NCBI GenBank assembly: GCA_964244895.1
Contig: CAXTKV010000048.1
Coordinates: 1 to 26,578 of the forward strand
Length of the DNA: 26,578 nucleotides
Direction: 5' to 3'
Origin: an uncultured Deinococcales bacterium
GTDB lineage: Bacteria > Deinococcota > Deinococci > Deinococcales > JAAFIG01
Shown here: in pieces, positions 26,414 through 26,578 of the stretch
Layout of the letters: every line of letters begins with the position of its first letter
How positions within the stretch are numbered: position 1 is the first letter of the stretch
Position numbers and translations under genes: made by a program
Notes under the pieces: generated by a model
Database searches by the model: none
Told to the model about the DNA's origin: nothing
Seen by the model: the letters and a program-made list of their open reading frames with translations, nothing else

Positions 26414-26578
26414 TACTTTGGCTCAGGGCAAGATGACTCTCCTGGTCGCATTCTGGTCGCACTTTTTGCGCGGAAATCTCGAACGATTCAGGAGGCGATC
26501 TCGTCACGCGAGGGCAATGACAGATCTCATCTCGAGACACCGCCTAAGTCTGGCTTAAGACCCTCTGCTCGAGACTGC

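Noticed and set aside
26308..26578. tRNA as integration site of a genomic island
   Set aside because: No integrase and no duplicated tRNA 3' end in the window; only ~190 nt downstream are visible.

Overview
GC-rich (~64% by eye) bacterial chromosomal segment, most likely from a Deinococcota-type diderm (inference from protein style, non-lipoprotein solute-binding proteins and TTGACN-N17-TACACT promoters). Most of the window is a ~24 kb catabolic/uptake region. A leftward operon encodes a GntR regulator, creatininase-family amidohydrolase, ketopantoate-reductase-like oxidoreductase, AstE/AspA-type M14 deacylase, a small GatC/AtzG-like protein and an amidase-signature enzyme (truncated at the left edge). 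It is divergent from a Dpp/Opp-family ABC operon with three tandem paralogous binding proteins, two permeases and two ATPases. Next come a FadR-type regulator, two more ATPase-less Dpp/Opp cassettes and an acetamidase/formamidase. The window ends with a phosphohexomutase and tRNA-Arg(CCT). Non-coding highlights: (1) a ~48-bp bipartite palindromic element with a 16-17 (or 26-27) nt variable spacer in almost every intergenic gap; (2) roughly tenfold over-representation of CTCGAG (HIP1-like); (3) a 24-bp palindromic operator over both divergent -10 boxes; (4) decayed GTAG-type REP hairpins and a ~130-bp MITE-like element; (5) an A31-G39 mismatch in the tRNA anticodon stem. No integrase, transposase or CRISPR array was seen.
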